From: Octopus sinensis
Lineage: Eukaryota
Assembly (NCBI RefSeq): GCF_006345805.1
Contig: NC_042998.1
Coordinates: forward strand, 59,334,001-59,398,000
Direction: 5' to 3'
DNA length: 64,000 bases
The position numbers and the translations under genes were made by a program. The notes under the pieces were generated by a model that was not told the origin of the DNA, made no database searches, and saw only the letters and a list, made by a program, of their open reading frames with translations. Positions 11,740 through 23,100 of the stretch are shown piece by piece. The stretch's first letter is position 1. Each line of letters begins with the position of its first letter.

Positions 11740-13701
11740 GAAATTGAGAAAAGTCTGCATCAGTCTCATGAAAAGGAGAGAGCAGATAAAGAAGCTTGGG
11801 TAATAGAAAATATCAAGTCAACCCTAAAGCTTTCTTTAAGTTTGCCAAAGAGACATCAACACTGCGCCAGAGGATAGGATAAGTGAAATACTGAACGAAC
11901 TGTTCCAAAGTGTGTTCCCTACACCTCTAGGACACGGGCAAGTAAACAAACAAGAAGAATTCTTTACCACTTTAGCTGTAGCCAAAGAGGCAAAACTTGA
12001 GTATATCAACATTGAAGATGATGATATCACACTGGCCATAGATTAGATTGACACAAACTCAGCTGCTGGGCCTCATGGATTTCCAGCGATCCTTCCTAAA
12101 TCGTGCAAATGAGCCGTTGCAAAACCGCTACAGCTTCTTTTTCAGAGCTTTCTTGCAAGTGGTAAGCTCCCAGCTAAATTGAAAGAAGGGGTAATAAGCC
12201 CAATCCTTAAGGGAGGAAGCAGAGCAGATGCTAAAAATTATAGGCCTATCTCTCTGATGTCACACATCAGCAAAGTCATGGAACGAATAGTCAGCAAGAA
12301 ACTAATCATATTCCTTGAAGAAAATGACTTGCTGACTGACACCAAGCATGGATTTCGACCAGGTAGAAGCTGTCTAACACAGCTTCTGCAAAACTATGAC
12401 TAGGTGTTAAAACAGCTACTAAATGGCTCAAGTGTGGATGTGATATATCTCGACTTTGCAAAAGGCTTTGATAAAGTCGACAATGGCATGATCTGTCACA
12501 AACTGCGTGATCTCGGCAGAGGTGAAAAACTTGGAGAGTGGCTGCACGACTTCCTAAAAGATAGAAGGCAGGCAGTTGTGGCCAATGGAGCCACCTCCAA
12601 GGAAACACAGATAACAAGCGGTGTTCCACAGGGCAATGTCTTGGGGCCACTGCTGTTTATAGTGGCCCTGTCAGTCTTGGCCTTAGTTGCTAAGATGGCT
12701 ACCCTTGTACGCCATGCAGATGACACAAACATCTCTCACGCAATACAAATCCCTGGAAATATTGCACATCTGCAACGGGAGTTGGATACAATATACAGGT
12801 AGGCTGAGGACAACAACATGCAGTTTAATGCAGGGAAGTTCCAAGCCCTGCACTACCGCACACAAAGGGGAACGACATGCAGAACAGATACTCTGGCTCG
12901 GGAAGAATTGTAATACATGATTCAAAATCAGTGCGTGACCTTGGCATTGACATGAGCAATGATACATCTTTCCAAGTGCATATTATTAATTTGGTAATAA
13001 AATGCAGACGGCTAGCTGGATGGATTCTCCGAACTTTCAGAACAAAAGGGAAGGAGACACTGATGGTCCTTTGGAAGACATTCGTCCTCGGCTACTTCAA
13101 CTACTGCTCCCAACTATGGTCACCACACAATATAAAGTTAACAGCAGAACTCGAAATAATCCAACGGAGCTATACTAAGAAGATCGTCGCAATGCAACAT
13201 ATCAGCTACTGGGAAATACTGAATGTATTAAAACTCTCCTCCCTGGAGCGAAGTGGGAGAGATATGCAGTGATGTACATCTGAAAAATCCTGGAGGGTCT
13301 TATCCCGAATTTTGGCATTGAAAGTTAATGCAACAGCAGAACGGTGCGCCACTGCATGGTGCCAAAGATCCCAACATCACCATCAAAATACAGGACCAGA
13401 TACTGCAAAAGCTTGGTTTTCAGAGGACCACAGCTCTTCTATATCCTTCCTAAATGCCTGAGAGTCCTGCATGGCGTGGATGTGAGTTTCTTTAAAACTA
13501 AACTGGATCTCTTCTTGTCAGGGGTTGCAGATGAACATATTTCTGGGCAAGAAACACAGATGCGGGCAGCGGCGTCGAATTCCCTTGTTGATCAAATGCC
13601 TCGTATCAGAGGTGGTTTCACATACTAGTGTAGCACATTCAACGGTGGTGCCCCAGGACGGCCGCGGCCTTCGGGCTGAAACATTTTTTAGGATTTAAGG
13701 A
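11740..13701 (+). mobile_element. CR1-group LINE, 5'-truncated, decayed RT with 3' UTR
   Basis: KNYRPISLMSHISKVMERIV, HGFRPGRSCLTQLL, YLDFAKGFDKV, SGVPQGNVLGPLLF, HADDT; ends in GGATTTAA 8-mer repeats. Confidence 0.9.
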
Positions 13702-14059
13702 TATACACACACAGACACACACAGACACACACACGCGCGCGCGCGCACACACACACGCACACACACACATACACACACACATATATATATATATAGAGAG
13801 AGAGCAGTTGTATACTGTCAACTTAACGTGAGGGCCCCATAAAAGGAATCACTCTCCGCTATTTAGCCCTAGGAGGCATCAACGCTTCCTATCTGCTTTG
13901 ATACATTTCCTGTGTCCTTATGTTTTCAAAGGGGAGGCAAGCACCCCCAACAGCTAGGCCTTCATCCAGGTATCTTCAGTTGCAGGCCTTGCTGCTCCAG
14001 ACTGCTGACGAGCAAGACTCAGAGACATATCTCTGGGTGCAGGCCTAGCTGTTGGCTTT

Positions 14060-14171
14060 GGTTGACCCGAGGTTATAGTAGAAGACACTTGCCCTGGGTG
14101 CCACACAGTGCGACTGAACCAGGAACCATGAGGTTGGTAAGGAAGCTACTTACCACAGAGCCACTCCTGCG

Positions 14172-14175
<4 letters not shown>
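14060..14175 (-). mobile_element. OK-type SINE 5' half
   Basis: Reverse complement of the 9990 head. Confidence 0.8.
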
Positions 14176-14212
<37 letters not shown>

Positions 14213-14629
14213 TATATATATAAGAGAACAAAGTGTACGTACGCCGCTATATATATAATACAAAATGGGAGAAGAACGCAAAACATCCAAATAGACGATA
14301 CAAAAACTCAGACGGGTCATTCGAAGCCTTTAATCTTCAGTCAAGAACCGGATCATCATCGCAATTTTGGCTGATTAATCTTCAGATTGCTCCAATCTGG
14401 CCAGCCCCAAGGAAAAACTAACCTAAGAGCATTAGATTCCTTGGGAAAAGGATCGAATGTATACTAAACAAGGACAGAAAAACGGACGATGTTACACGAA
14501 TATAAATACAAATAAAAAACAATAGTAATGATAATAATAATAATAACCGGACATAACAACAGGCGTCTTTCGACTGGAAACGAACTAAATTCAGCTGGCG
14601 TATTGAGAATAAGCCTTACAGCAGACGAG

Positions 14630-15153
14630 AAGGACGATATCGTTCTTCTCGTCTCAGAGCATGTAAACTAATAAATTTGTTTGTTGATGAACCCATTCAA
14701 ACTAAAGTGACCTTCATCAGGCATGATCGATTTTTGTATAAAATTAGGGTTATTTCGAGCAAATTCCTGCATGCTGACAGCGTAACGTAGCCTGTTCAAT
14801 AATCTCTCGCACTCGTTTCTTTGCCTCATCGGTTTTGACAGTGCCAGGTCTCTCAGATCGTGGGAAAATCATTTACTGCCACTTAGTTTTCAAAACGATG
14901 CATTAAGTTCCTAACTGCGTTTTCACTTATGACGTCTCTCACTTCAAAGTGCCAACTATATGCTCTCTGAATAATTGACCCCTGATTTTGATAGAACAAT
15001 TTCTCTACTTGGCTGCGTTGTGCGGTACCATATTTTTCCATAATTGATTTCCATCAGCTAGTGTATAGAATACCTGCAAAGAAAAGAAAAGTGTCAAAAG
15101 AATAAATGTATTATCCAAAATCGCAATTCCTCAATGATTTTTCGGCCACCCTG
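14630..15153 (-). mobile_element. Tc1/mariner-superfamily transposon left end with decayed N-terminal HTH (DUF4817-like)
   Basis: TA|CAGGGTGGCCGAAAA terminus at 15153; MEKYGTAQRSQVEKLFYQNQGSIIQRAY...AVRNLMHRFE...PRSERP; related copy at 45110-45550. Confidence 0.7.
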
Positions 15154-15364
15154 TATATATATATATAATAACATCAAGAAGAATAGAGAGAACCACATCC
15201 TTATTTGATGATTACACCATATATTACTGACGATGGATTCTAATGTGCCAGCATATTTAGATAGAATAATGGTATCTCATTATTTGATATATTTACCCAA
15301 GTTTGCTTAAGACTGTTTTCTAAATATCTGTCTGAATTTATTAATCCCTTGTGACAGCGTATAT

Positions 15365-15471
<107 letters not shown>

Positions 15472-15814
15472 ATATATATATGTGTGTGTGTGTGATGTAA
15501 TATCCCGTGAAAGAGCACGTATGCTGTTCAATTCTTACCTGAACAAATAGTTATCAAACGTATGCGTTGTACATTGGCTGACTCCTTTGTTCATATCGAT
15601 CAAATCGATGTTATCCGAGCAGGTGCACCGTGTACTACACGTCAGGTGTCAAAATGAACACAGAGTAACGTGAAATGAAGTGTTTAGCTCTAGGTCACAA
15701 CTCACCACCTGGGTTAGGAACTGAAAACACGATATCACGAACCTGAGAAGAGCAACACACTAACCACTGGGTCATTCGTCCCCACATGCGCTGTGTTGAT
15801 ATATATATATATAC

Positions 15815-15871
<57 letters not shown>

Positions 15872-15889
15872 TGTTTATTATATAGAAGG

Positions 15890-15940
15890 AGCTTCTACAG
15901 GACAAGAACTGTTTCATTCAAGAGAAATCTTCAGGAAGCT
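15890..15940 (-). ncRNA. Type I hammerhead ribozyme (left arm of palindrome)
   Basis: Same fold on the minus strand with loop III TTCTTGTC; predicted cleavage 15896/15895. Confidence 0.75.
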
Positions 15941-15987
15941 TCCTGAAGATTTCTCTTGAATGAAACAGTTCTAGTCCTGTAGAAGCT
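15937..15987 (+). ncRNA. Type I hammerhead ribozyme (right arm of palindrome)
   Basis: AGCTTC-CTGAAGA-T TTC TCTT GAA T-GAAA-CAG TTCTAGTC CTG-TA^-GAAGCT; predicted cleavage 15981/15982. Confidence 0.75.
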
Positions 15988-16082
15988 CCTTCTATATAAT
16001 AAATTAATTTTACTCTGCTATGTATTGAGTACTTATTTACTGTGGTTAACCCCGAATCAACCCGGGACCTACATATATATAT

Positions 16083-16083
<1 letters not shown>

Positions 16084-16132
<49 letters not shown>

Positions 16133-16133
16133 C

Positions 16134-16210
<77 letters not shown>
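16084..16210. repeat. (TAGA)n tetranucleotide microsatellite
   Basis: Directly visible. Confidence 0.97.
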
Positions 16211-16211
<1 letters not shown>

Positions 16212-16489
16212 GTACATGTGTGTGTGTATTTGTTTATGCATTCAAAATGGGTGGTGAGTACAAAAACAAGTGAAATATTTCATTTAAATATGTTATTTAA
16301 AAACATTAGGTCTTTGGCAGAGAATATGTAATTTGATAAGATCTCATATATTTAAACGAAATATTATACTTGTTTTGTCTCTTTAATTTGTCTAAAATAT
16401 TACAAAAATTATCTCAATGTTTTTCTACATGCCTATCCATCTTTTGTTTATATGATACAATCTGTACAGAAACATCTAATCTCTTTTGG

Positions 16490-16533
<44 letters not shown>

Positions 16534-17164
16534 GCATAACTGCATTTATACATAGATATTTACATCCATTCTCAAAACATACATACCTACACGTATGTAT
16601 ATGGAAACATACGTACACATATAATATATATGTATACAAAGGCAAGCACACATAACATATGCATCAATTCACCGTTCTCTAAATACATTTATAAACAAGA
16701 TTCCTTGGTCTGTTTTAATTAATGCGACCGTTGAATGAAATAAATGAAAACTAATTGAAAAGTCGTTTATTATTTTATTCTATTTTAGATTAATTATATA
16801 GCGGCAGAACCTAAACTGAAAAGGACAAAGTAAAATATATCGCAATATGTATGGCTTCAATTTCTTAATTAATTTCTTGACAATTGTAAAAATATATTTT
16901 CTTCTCGACTCATTACATTTTATATTTGCTAATGAAGCTACACAGAGGATAAAGAAAATCATAAAAGTTCTATGAAATTAGTAATATTTACGATGTCACT
17001 ATTGAATTTAATTTTACACAAAAAAATATATTATTTTCGTATGATGTGGGGAGGTGATAACCCTAGCATTTCGTATAAGTATCCGCTATGACTATTGTAA
17101 CAAGAGATTAATAATCCGATGACTATAAAGGTGTTTGCTGGTAAAAAAAAAATACCTTTTTTTG

Positions 17165-17382
17165 TTTAAAACATGTACTTGCCCCAGTCATTATAGTGCG
17201 GCCATTCGAGGGAACCACCTTGAATGTTTAGAACGTCAGGACTACTTTCTTTAAACCTAGTACTTATTGTATCGGTCTCTTTTGCAGATATGCTACGGGG
17301 ATGCACCAACACACCAACGCCGGTTACCAAGCGATGAGGTGGGGACAAACATAGACAGAAAGACACAAAAACACATACATAT

Positions 17383-17400
<18 letters not shown>
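17165..17400 (-). mobile_element. OK-type SINE 3' half (probably the same copy as the head pieces at 18690-18832 and 22245-22281)
   Basis: Reverse complement of the 10230-10390 segment, same orientation and order as the head pieces. Confidence 0.7.
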
Positions 17401-17430
<30 letters not shown>

Positions 17431-17767
17431 TATATAATATATATATATATACTTAATAATTAGGGTTCAGCAAAGATCTGCTTTACCACATACCGGAGTT
17501 TAGAAATAGCAGCCAAAAACCTTAGCTATTTCTTCTACTTTAAAAAGAGGCTCCCAGAGAAACCAAAATACTTGAAAACAATTCACACAGGCAGAGAGGA
17601 AAGTAACGAAAATCAATCAATATCTGGCCATCCATGGACGCGCGCTTCGGAATTAGATTGGAATAAAGAATATATAATTATACTTTACCAACCATTTTCC
17701 TCATGAGCATGGCATTCCTCAATAATTCGGGGGTACTGGAATAATTGAACATATCTCTCCACCTAAC

Positions 17768-18082
17768 GGTATCAGACAGATCATATTCAGGGTTAGTACC
17801 GCCGAATTCAAAATGTGAATGAGGTTCGCTTACCATCAACGCGTGTCTTCAAGTAAAGTACCAGAGAAAAAACCTGCAGTTTGTTATCAGGGAGAAAATT
17901 CTATTATCAATAATAACAAAGGGTAAAATCAATGAATTAAGAATTAATTAATAATTTCACTAAGTAGAATTCGGCATGTATTTTACTTGAAGACACACGC
18001 GGATGGGCGGGGGGTGGTAAGCGAACCTCATTCATATTTTTAATTCGGCGGTACTAAAACTGAATGCCCGAAACCTGATACG
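17768..18082. repeat. Imperfect inverted repeat (about 90-105-bp arms, about 115-bp spacer)
   Basis: TTAGTACCGCCGAATT...AATGAGGTTCGCTTACCA...GTGTCTTCAAGTAAA at 17793-17856 mirrored at 17978-18057. Confidence 0.8.
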
Positions 18083-18099
18083 CCAATTGAATGCCAGCT

Positions 18100-18214
18100 A
18101 GCTGTATGTGATTTCTCGGAGATCTGGACAGTAGTCGCGTGTATGTGCGCACGCACGCAGCTGTATATACATGCGCTAGCACTATGACCAGGCAACGCCG
18201 GGTCATATTGCTAG
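18100..18214 (+). mobile_element. Helitron 3' terminus (non-autonomous)
   Basis: Subterminal hairpin TGACCAGGC-AAC-GCCGGGTCA (18185-18205) followed by CTAG|T at 18211-18215. Confidence 0.75.
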
Positions 18215-18329
18215 TGTGTATATATATATGTCTATATATACATTACAGTACTGTTTCTACTTCGGAGATTTTCACCTATTACGGGGTGGGGGTTGGAACA
18301 TAAAAACCCGTGAAAGTCTAAAGATTACG

Positions 18330-18565
18330 ATAAGGATAAACGTCGCCCTTTTCAAGCTTAGCCAGACTCATGGGCTCTGTTTCCCGGTTTTTGTGGCATA
18401 TGTGTTCCCCCAGCTGGACGTGACGCCAGTCCATCGCAGCGTTACTCAAGAAACAGGAAGAGAGAGTGAGATAAAGTTGTGGCGAAAGAGTACAACAGGG
18501 GTTGCCAACACCGCTGCCGAGGCCTCGTGGAGCTTTTAGGCTTTTTCGCTCAATAAACACACACA
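18330..18565 (-). mobile_element. tRNA-SINE body with GAAACCGGGAAAC-type tail
   Basis: Central domain shared with 28106-28249 and 36500-36610; tail shared with 35990-36040 and 36415-36480. Confidence 0.7.
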
Positions 18566-18583
18566 CACACACACATATATATG

Positions 18584-18648
<65 letters not shown>

Positions 18649-18689
18649 GGAAAGTAATACAACAATGCACCAATTTGTATATATGTATA

Positions 18690-18832
18690 TATACGACAGG
18701 CTTCTTTTAGTTCCCTTAACCAAATGCACTCACATGGTTCTGGTCAGCCCGAGGCCAAAATAGAAAATACCTGCCTAAGGTAGTATATTGTGGGACTGAA
18801 CCCGGAGCCATATGGTTGAGAATGAAGCTTCT
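18690..18832 (-). mobile_element. OK-type SINE head, portion downstream of the Tx1 insertion
   Basis: Minus strand AGAAGCTTCATTCTCAACCATATGGCTCCGGGTTCAGTCCCA continues the head fragment that stops at 22245. Confidence 0.75.
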
Positions 18833-21800
18833 TTATTTCGTAAATTGACTATGGAAGCCGTACATAGATGAGACAAACAAGGACAAAGATAGAGGGTTAA
18901 GAAGTTACTTATTACGAATGAATCAGTTCCGGATGATAAAATATAAATGTCACGCTGTTAAAAATTCTTTTTTACCCTCTTTTGAATTTTCTGTATAAAC
19001 TTGATGATCATTGCAAATTTTGCAATATGTGACTGAAGGAAAGGCTACCAACCGCCAGGTTCGAACCTTTACTTTTCTTTCTGGCCCCACTTACCTGGTT
19101 CCATTAACTCGCAGTCGTTCACTACTCGCTTCCATCTTATCGTGAACATATCCTGTCACAGGTATCACGTCTCCAGCCTGATCTTGCTATCGAGGCTGTA
19201 ACTAAAGAAGTTAACCATCCCCTGCCCGGAGCCGAAGTTACCCGTCACTATGCCTCTTACACGCATCTTCCATACTTTTTTTTTTCAGTATGGCTACTAA
19301 GCAGGAAAAGCAAGCCTTCCTTTTCCTGTTAAGGGAAGGAGGCGACATAATCTTGATAACAGACTCAGCCGATAGCTGTACTCTTCCCATCGTTGACAAC
19401 AGTTGCTCGACAAAAGCAATCAGTCCCGATAATTCCGAACACTCCTCGAAGGCGTACAAGTCTGTTTCTTTATCCCACCCGCACCTCGGGCATGCCGGCG
19501 AGATGGCATTTCCATGCCTTGACAGCTTGTCTCGAACAGGCAAAACCGAACGTTAGCACTGCCAAGCCAGGTATCTCTGGTAATTATCTAGATATCCCGA
19601 TCCGAAATTTCCTTTGAACAGGTTGATCAACTGATTTCCATCGAAGCCCAGTCTCACCCAGGACATCGTCTGACATAGATTCCACTAACCCACAATGGAA
19701 ATCTGCTGTGAAATTCCTGTTGCCGGTATTGCCCGCCCAAGAGAGTAGCTGGAGTGCCTGACTACACTCCAATTGCCAATCCCCCAGCTTAGGTCTTCAT
19801 TTGATCCATGGACCAATGTCCGTTAAGGATGTATACCTGCTCCACATCCAGATACAGTCAGATGTACCTCAACCTTAACACAAATTTTCGCATCCTCAGC
19901 CAATGCATCCCTAGCCCACTCTTTAGCAGTTTTTGGCAGCAGACAGAGCGCTTCACAAGTGACTTTCTTCTCTTCCTCAATAAGCGAAAAAGGATTATTT
20001 CCAACTTGTTCAGCCACAAATCGGGGCAAGACACAACGGTCAGGCGGTAGGTGATGACAGATGCTATGTACATCTGCGCCACTTCCGCCCCTACCTAGCG
20101 AAGATAACGTCCGCCCAGACCAAGTATGGGTTAAGGCCGTCACCCTGCTCGTGAGCCCCATTTCTTCTCTATCTAGAGATCTAGACCGGGCCAGACACCT
20201 AGAAACTTAACCGGTCCTCCGTCCAACGCCTCACGGTGCTAGTGGACGACATCGACTTGCCACTCCAGGTGCCGAGTTGCAAGCTGACCGACTTGTCCTG
20301 GTTGACATTTGCCCCTGCTACTGCCTCGTATCCCTTGGTGGCGCTTTCCAGGTGAGGAAGCTGCTCTTTTTCGGACACGATGATGCAGATGTCATCCGCA
20401 TAGGCAGCGGCTTCCCTTCCACACCACAGACTATTCGGCACGACCCTTAACGCCTCCAAATTCCGCGGCAATGGATCAAGAGCCAATACATACAAAAGCG
20501 GTGACAGGGAACATTCCTGACGTATTGACTGTTCCATCTTCAACGGCGTTGGCCAATGGAGCCACCTCCAAGGAAACACAAATAACAAGTAGTGTTCCAC
20601 AGGGCAATGTTTTGCGGCTACTGCTGTTCATAGTAGCCCTTTTAGTCTTGCCCTCAGTTGCTCAGATGGCTACCCTTGCAAGCTATGCAGATGATACAAA
20701 AGTCTCTCACGCAATACAAATCCCTGGAAATATTGCACATCTGCAACGGGAGTTGGATAAAATATACAGGTAGGCTGAGGACAACAACATGCAACAAAGG
20801 TGGACGACATGCAGAACAGATACACTGGCCCGGGAAGGATTGTAATTCATGATTCAAAATCAGTGCGTGACCTTGGCATTGACATGAGCAATGATGCATC
20901 TTTCCAAGTGCATATTACTAATTTGGTAATAAAATGCAGACGGCTAGCTGGATGGATTCTCCGAACTTTCAGAACAAGAGAGGAGACACTGATGGTCCTT
21001 TGGAAGACATTCGTCCTCGGCTACTTGGACTACTGCTCCCAACTATGGTCACCACACAATATAAAGTTAACAGCAGAACTCGAAATAATCCAACGAAGTT
21101 ACACTAAGAAGATCGTCTCAATGCAGCATATCAGCTACTGGGAAAGACTGAATGTATTAAAACTCCCGGAGGCGGGAGAGATATGCAGTGATATACATCT
21201 GAAAACTTCTGGAGGGTCTTGTCCCGAATTTTGGCATTGAAAGTTAATGCAACAGCAGAACGGGGCGCCACTGCATGGTGCCAATGTTCCCAACATCACC
21301 ATTAAAATACAGGGCCAGATACTGCAACAGCTTGGTTTTCAGGGACCCACAGCTCTTCAATATCCTACCTAAATGCCTGAGAGACCTGCATGGCGTGGAT
21401 GTGGTTTTCTTTAAAACTAAACTGTATCTCTTCTTGTCAGGGGTTGCAGATGAACCTACTTCTCGGCAGGAAACACAGATGCGGGCAGCGGCGTCGAACT
21501 CCATTATTGCCCAAGTGCCACGTAGTTGAACTGGTTTCGCATACTAGTGTAGCACATTCAACGGTGGTGCCCTAGCATGGCCGCAGCTTTCAGGCTGAAA
21601 CATTTTTTGGGAGGTGTCAGCTCCAATTCACTAAATCTCTTCTTCGCCATGTACAAAATAAAAGTTCCAAATATAGTCCACAACAGTTTTTAAAATAATA
21701 CAGAGTGAAAATCAAAAAGAAAGGCCCAACGAAATGGAAGAAAAAATTAAATTAAACTGTTCAATACAGTTTTCCAAATAAACGACAGAAGAAGAGAACG

Positions 21801-22244
21801 AGAATTCGAAATATAGCAAAAACAGATCATTTTTGGCCACAGGCTACTCCTGGCCTTCACAGCTTTTCTCACTTCTTGTGTAATTCCTTGAAATTGTTTT
21901 TCCAAAAAACTTCCAAGCAGACAAACAAACACAGTTCTCACAAATATTTGAGAATAATTCAATTCTCAAATTAAATTAAATTTGGAGGCGGGACACGCCT
22001 CCAAACAGCAGTTCTCATAGCTAAGTGAGAAAGACACACGTCTCTTCCGCAGGAAGACCAAAGTCTAGAATGCAGTGAGGAATCCTTGCCTGTAAAAAAA
22101 TAAACCCTACAAACAATGAATTCCCATTAAACCCAAAATGCAAAAAGTTTTACCTTACAGTAGAGCGTCTTTCAAATACAACTTTTGTCCGCTGCACACC
22201 AGCGTGACGACTTCAACGAGTAAGTGAAGAGCACTAACGAAACC
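18833..22244 (-). mobile_element. Tx1/L1-group LINE (5' UTR, ORF1 start, RT end, zf-RVT, 3' UTR), internally deleted and interrupted by a CR1 copy
   Basis: SIRQECSLSPLLYVLALDP...AYADDI...Y..VAGANVNQDKS (20199-20540); CPRCGWDKET zf-RVT (19238-19543); ATG MAKKRFSELELTPP near 21650; degenerate 14-bp duplication at both ends. Confidence 0.8.
20550..21607 (+). mobile_element. 5'-truncated CR1-group LINE (same family as 11740-13701) inside the Tx1 element
   Basis: Near-identical to 12580-13690 and ends with the same 3' tail. Confidence 0.9.
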
Positions 22245-22281
22245 GGAAGCGAGCTTCTAACCGCACAGCAACTCCTGCGCC
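22245..22281 (-). mobile_element. 5'-most 37 nt of an OK-type SINE head (A box), cut off by the Tx1 insertion
   Basis: Minus strand GGCGCAGGAGTTGCTGTGCGGTTAGAAGCTCGCTTCC. Confidence 0.75.
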
Positions 22282-22866
22282 TACTTGATAAACATATGGA
22301 GCTCTTGACAAATTTGCTTGTTATTCTTGAGTAGGGGCAAGGCTAGTCTCGGTATCGTTCTGGTTTTAGTTTCTCTCTCTCTCTCTAATTTCAGCTCAGA
22401 GCTGCGGCCATGCTGATGCACCACCGTTTATTATAAATATATTTTCTTTTATTGTCTTGGAAATTCCAGACGTGTCAATCATAATCCAGTGTTTTCGCTG
22501 AAGCTGAAAGCAAGGTTGGCTGTATAGAAAAATAGTTCTTGTTGCATAAATGTGGTTCTGGATTTGTCTACTTACGAGGAGCCTTCCACTATAGTCTTAG
22601 TTTTATAACTGTATTGAGTAAAATTTTGCAAATGGAAATGGAAACTGCACAAATCGTTTCTCAGTGTGAGGATGTGTTATGCTCAAAAGTATGGATACAC
22701 ATATAGACATTTACACACATACTCACATACTCATACGCACACATGTACCTGTTGCCAACCGCGTTATTGGATATCAGAATGCAAAAGAGCCTGAAAATGT
22801 ACAGCAACGCATCTTGCCCAAGTTATAACGATACTACGAATCCATCATAAAATATATCTAAATTTA

Positions 22867-23100
22867 CAGGGTTGGCCCAAAGTCACTCGGTATGAAATCA
22901 AAATTCCACAAATACTATATGTAATTCTGTATTGACTCGAATGGAAAAATGTATCGCTCAAGAAGGACTTGAGTTTGAACAATTTTCATCATGTTTCATA
23001 TTTAGATGCTTTTATTAAATTCAATTTCGTTGTTAAACATAAATAAATCTCGGAATTAAATGGTTTTGATTTACTGCCAGGTGTCTTTTGGCCAACTTTG
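22867..23100. mobile_element. Tc1/mariner-type MITE
   Basis: TA|CAGGGTTGGCCCAAAGTCAC ... GTGTCTTTTGGCCAACTTTG imperfect TIRs. Confidence 0.6.

Larger units (their letters stand above)
15874..16003. repeat. 130-bp near-perfect palindrome (65-bp arms, no spacer, one mismatch)
   Basis: Centre GGAAG|CTTCC at 15938/15939; the only mismatch is 15904/15973. Confidence 0.95.

Noticed and set aside
14300-14400. Two CUGAAGA words on the minus strand suggesting tandem hammerheads
   Set aside because: The second is followed by GAAU rather than GAAA with no stem I, and the first lacks a stem III/UH.
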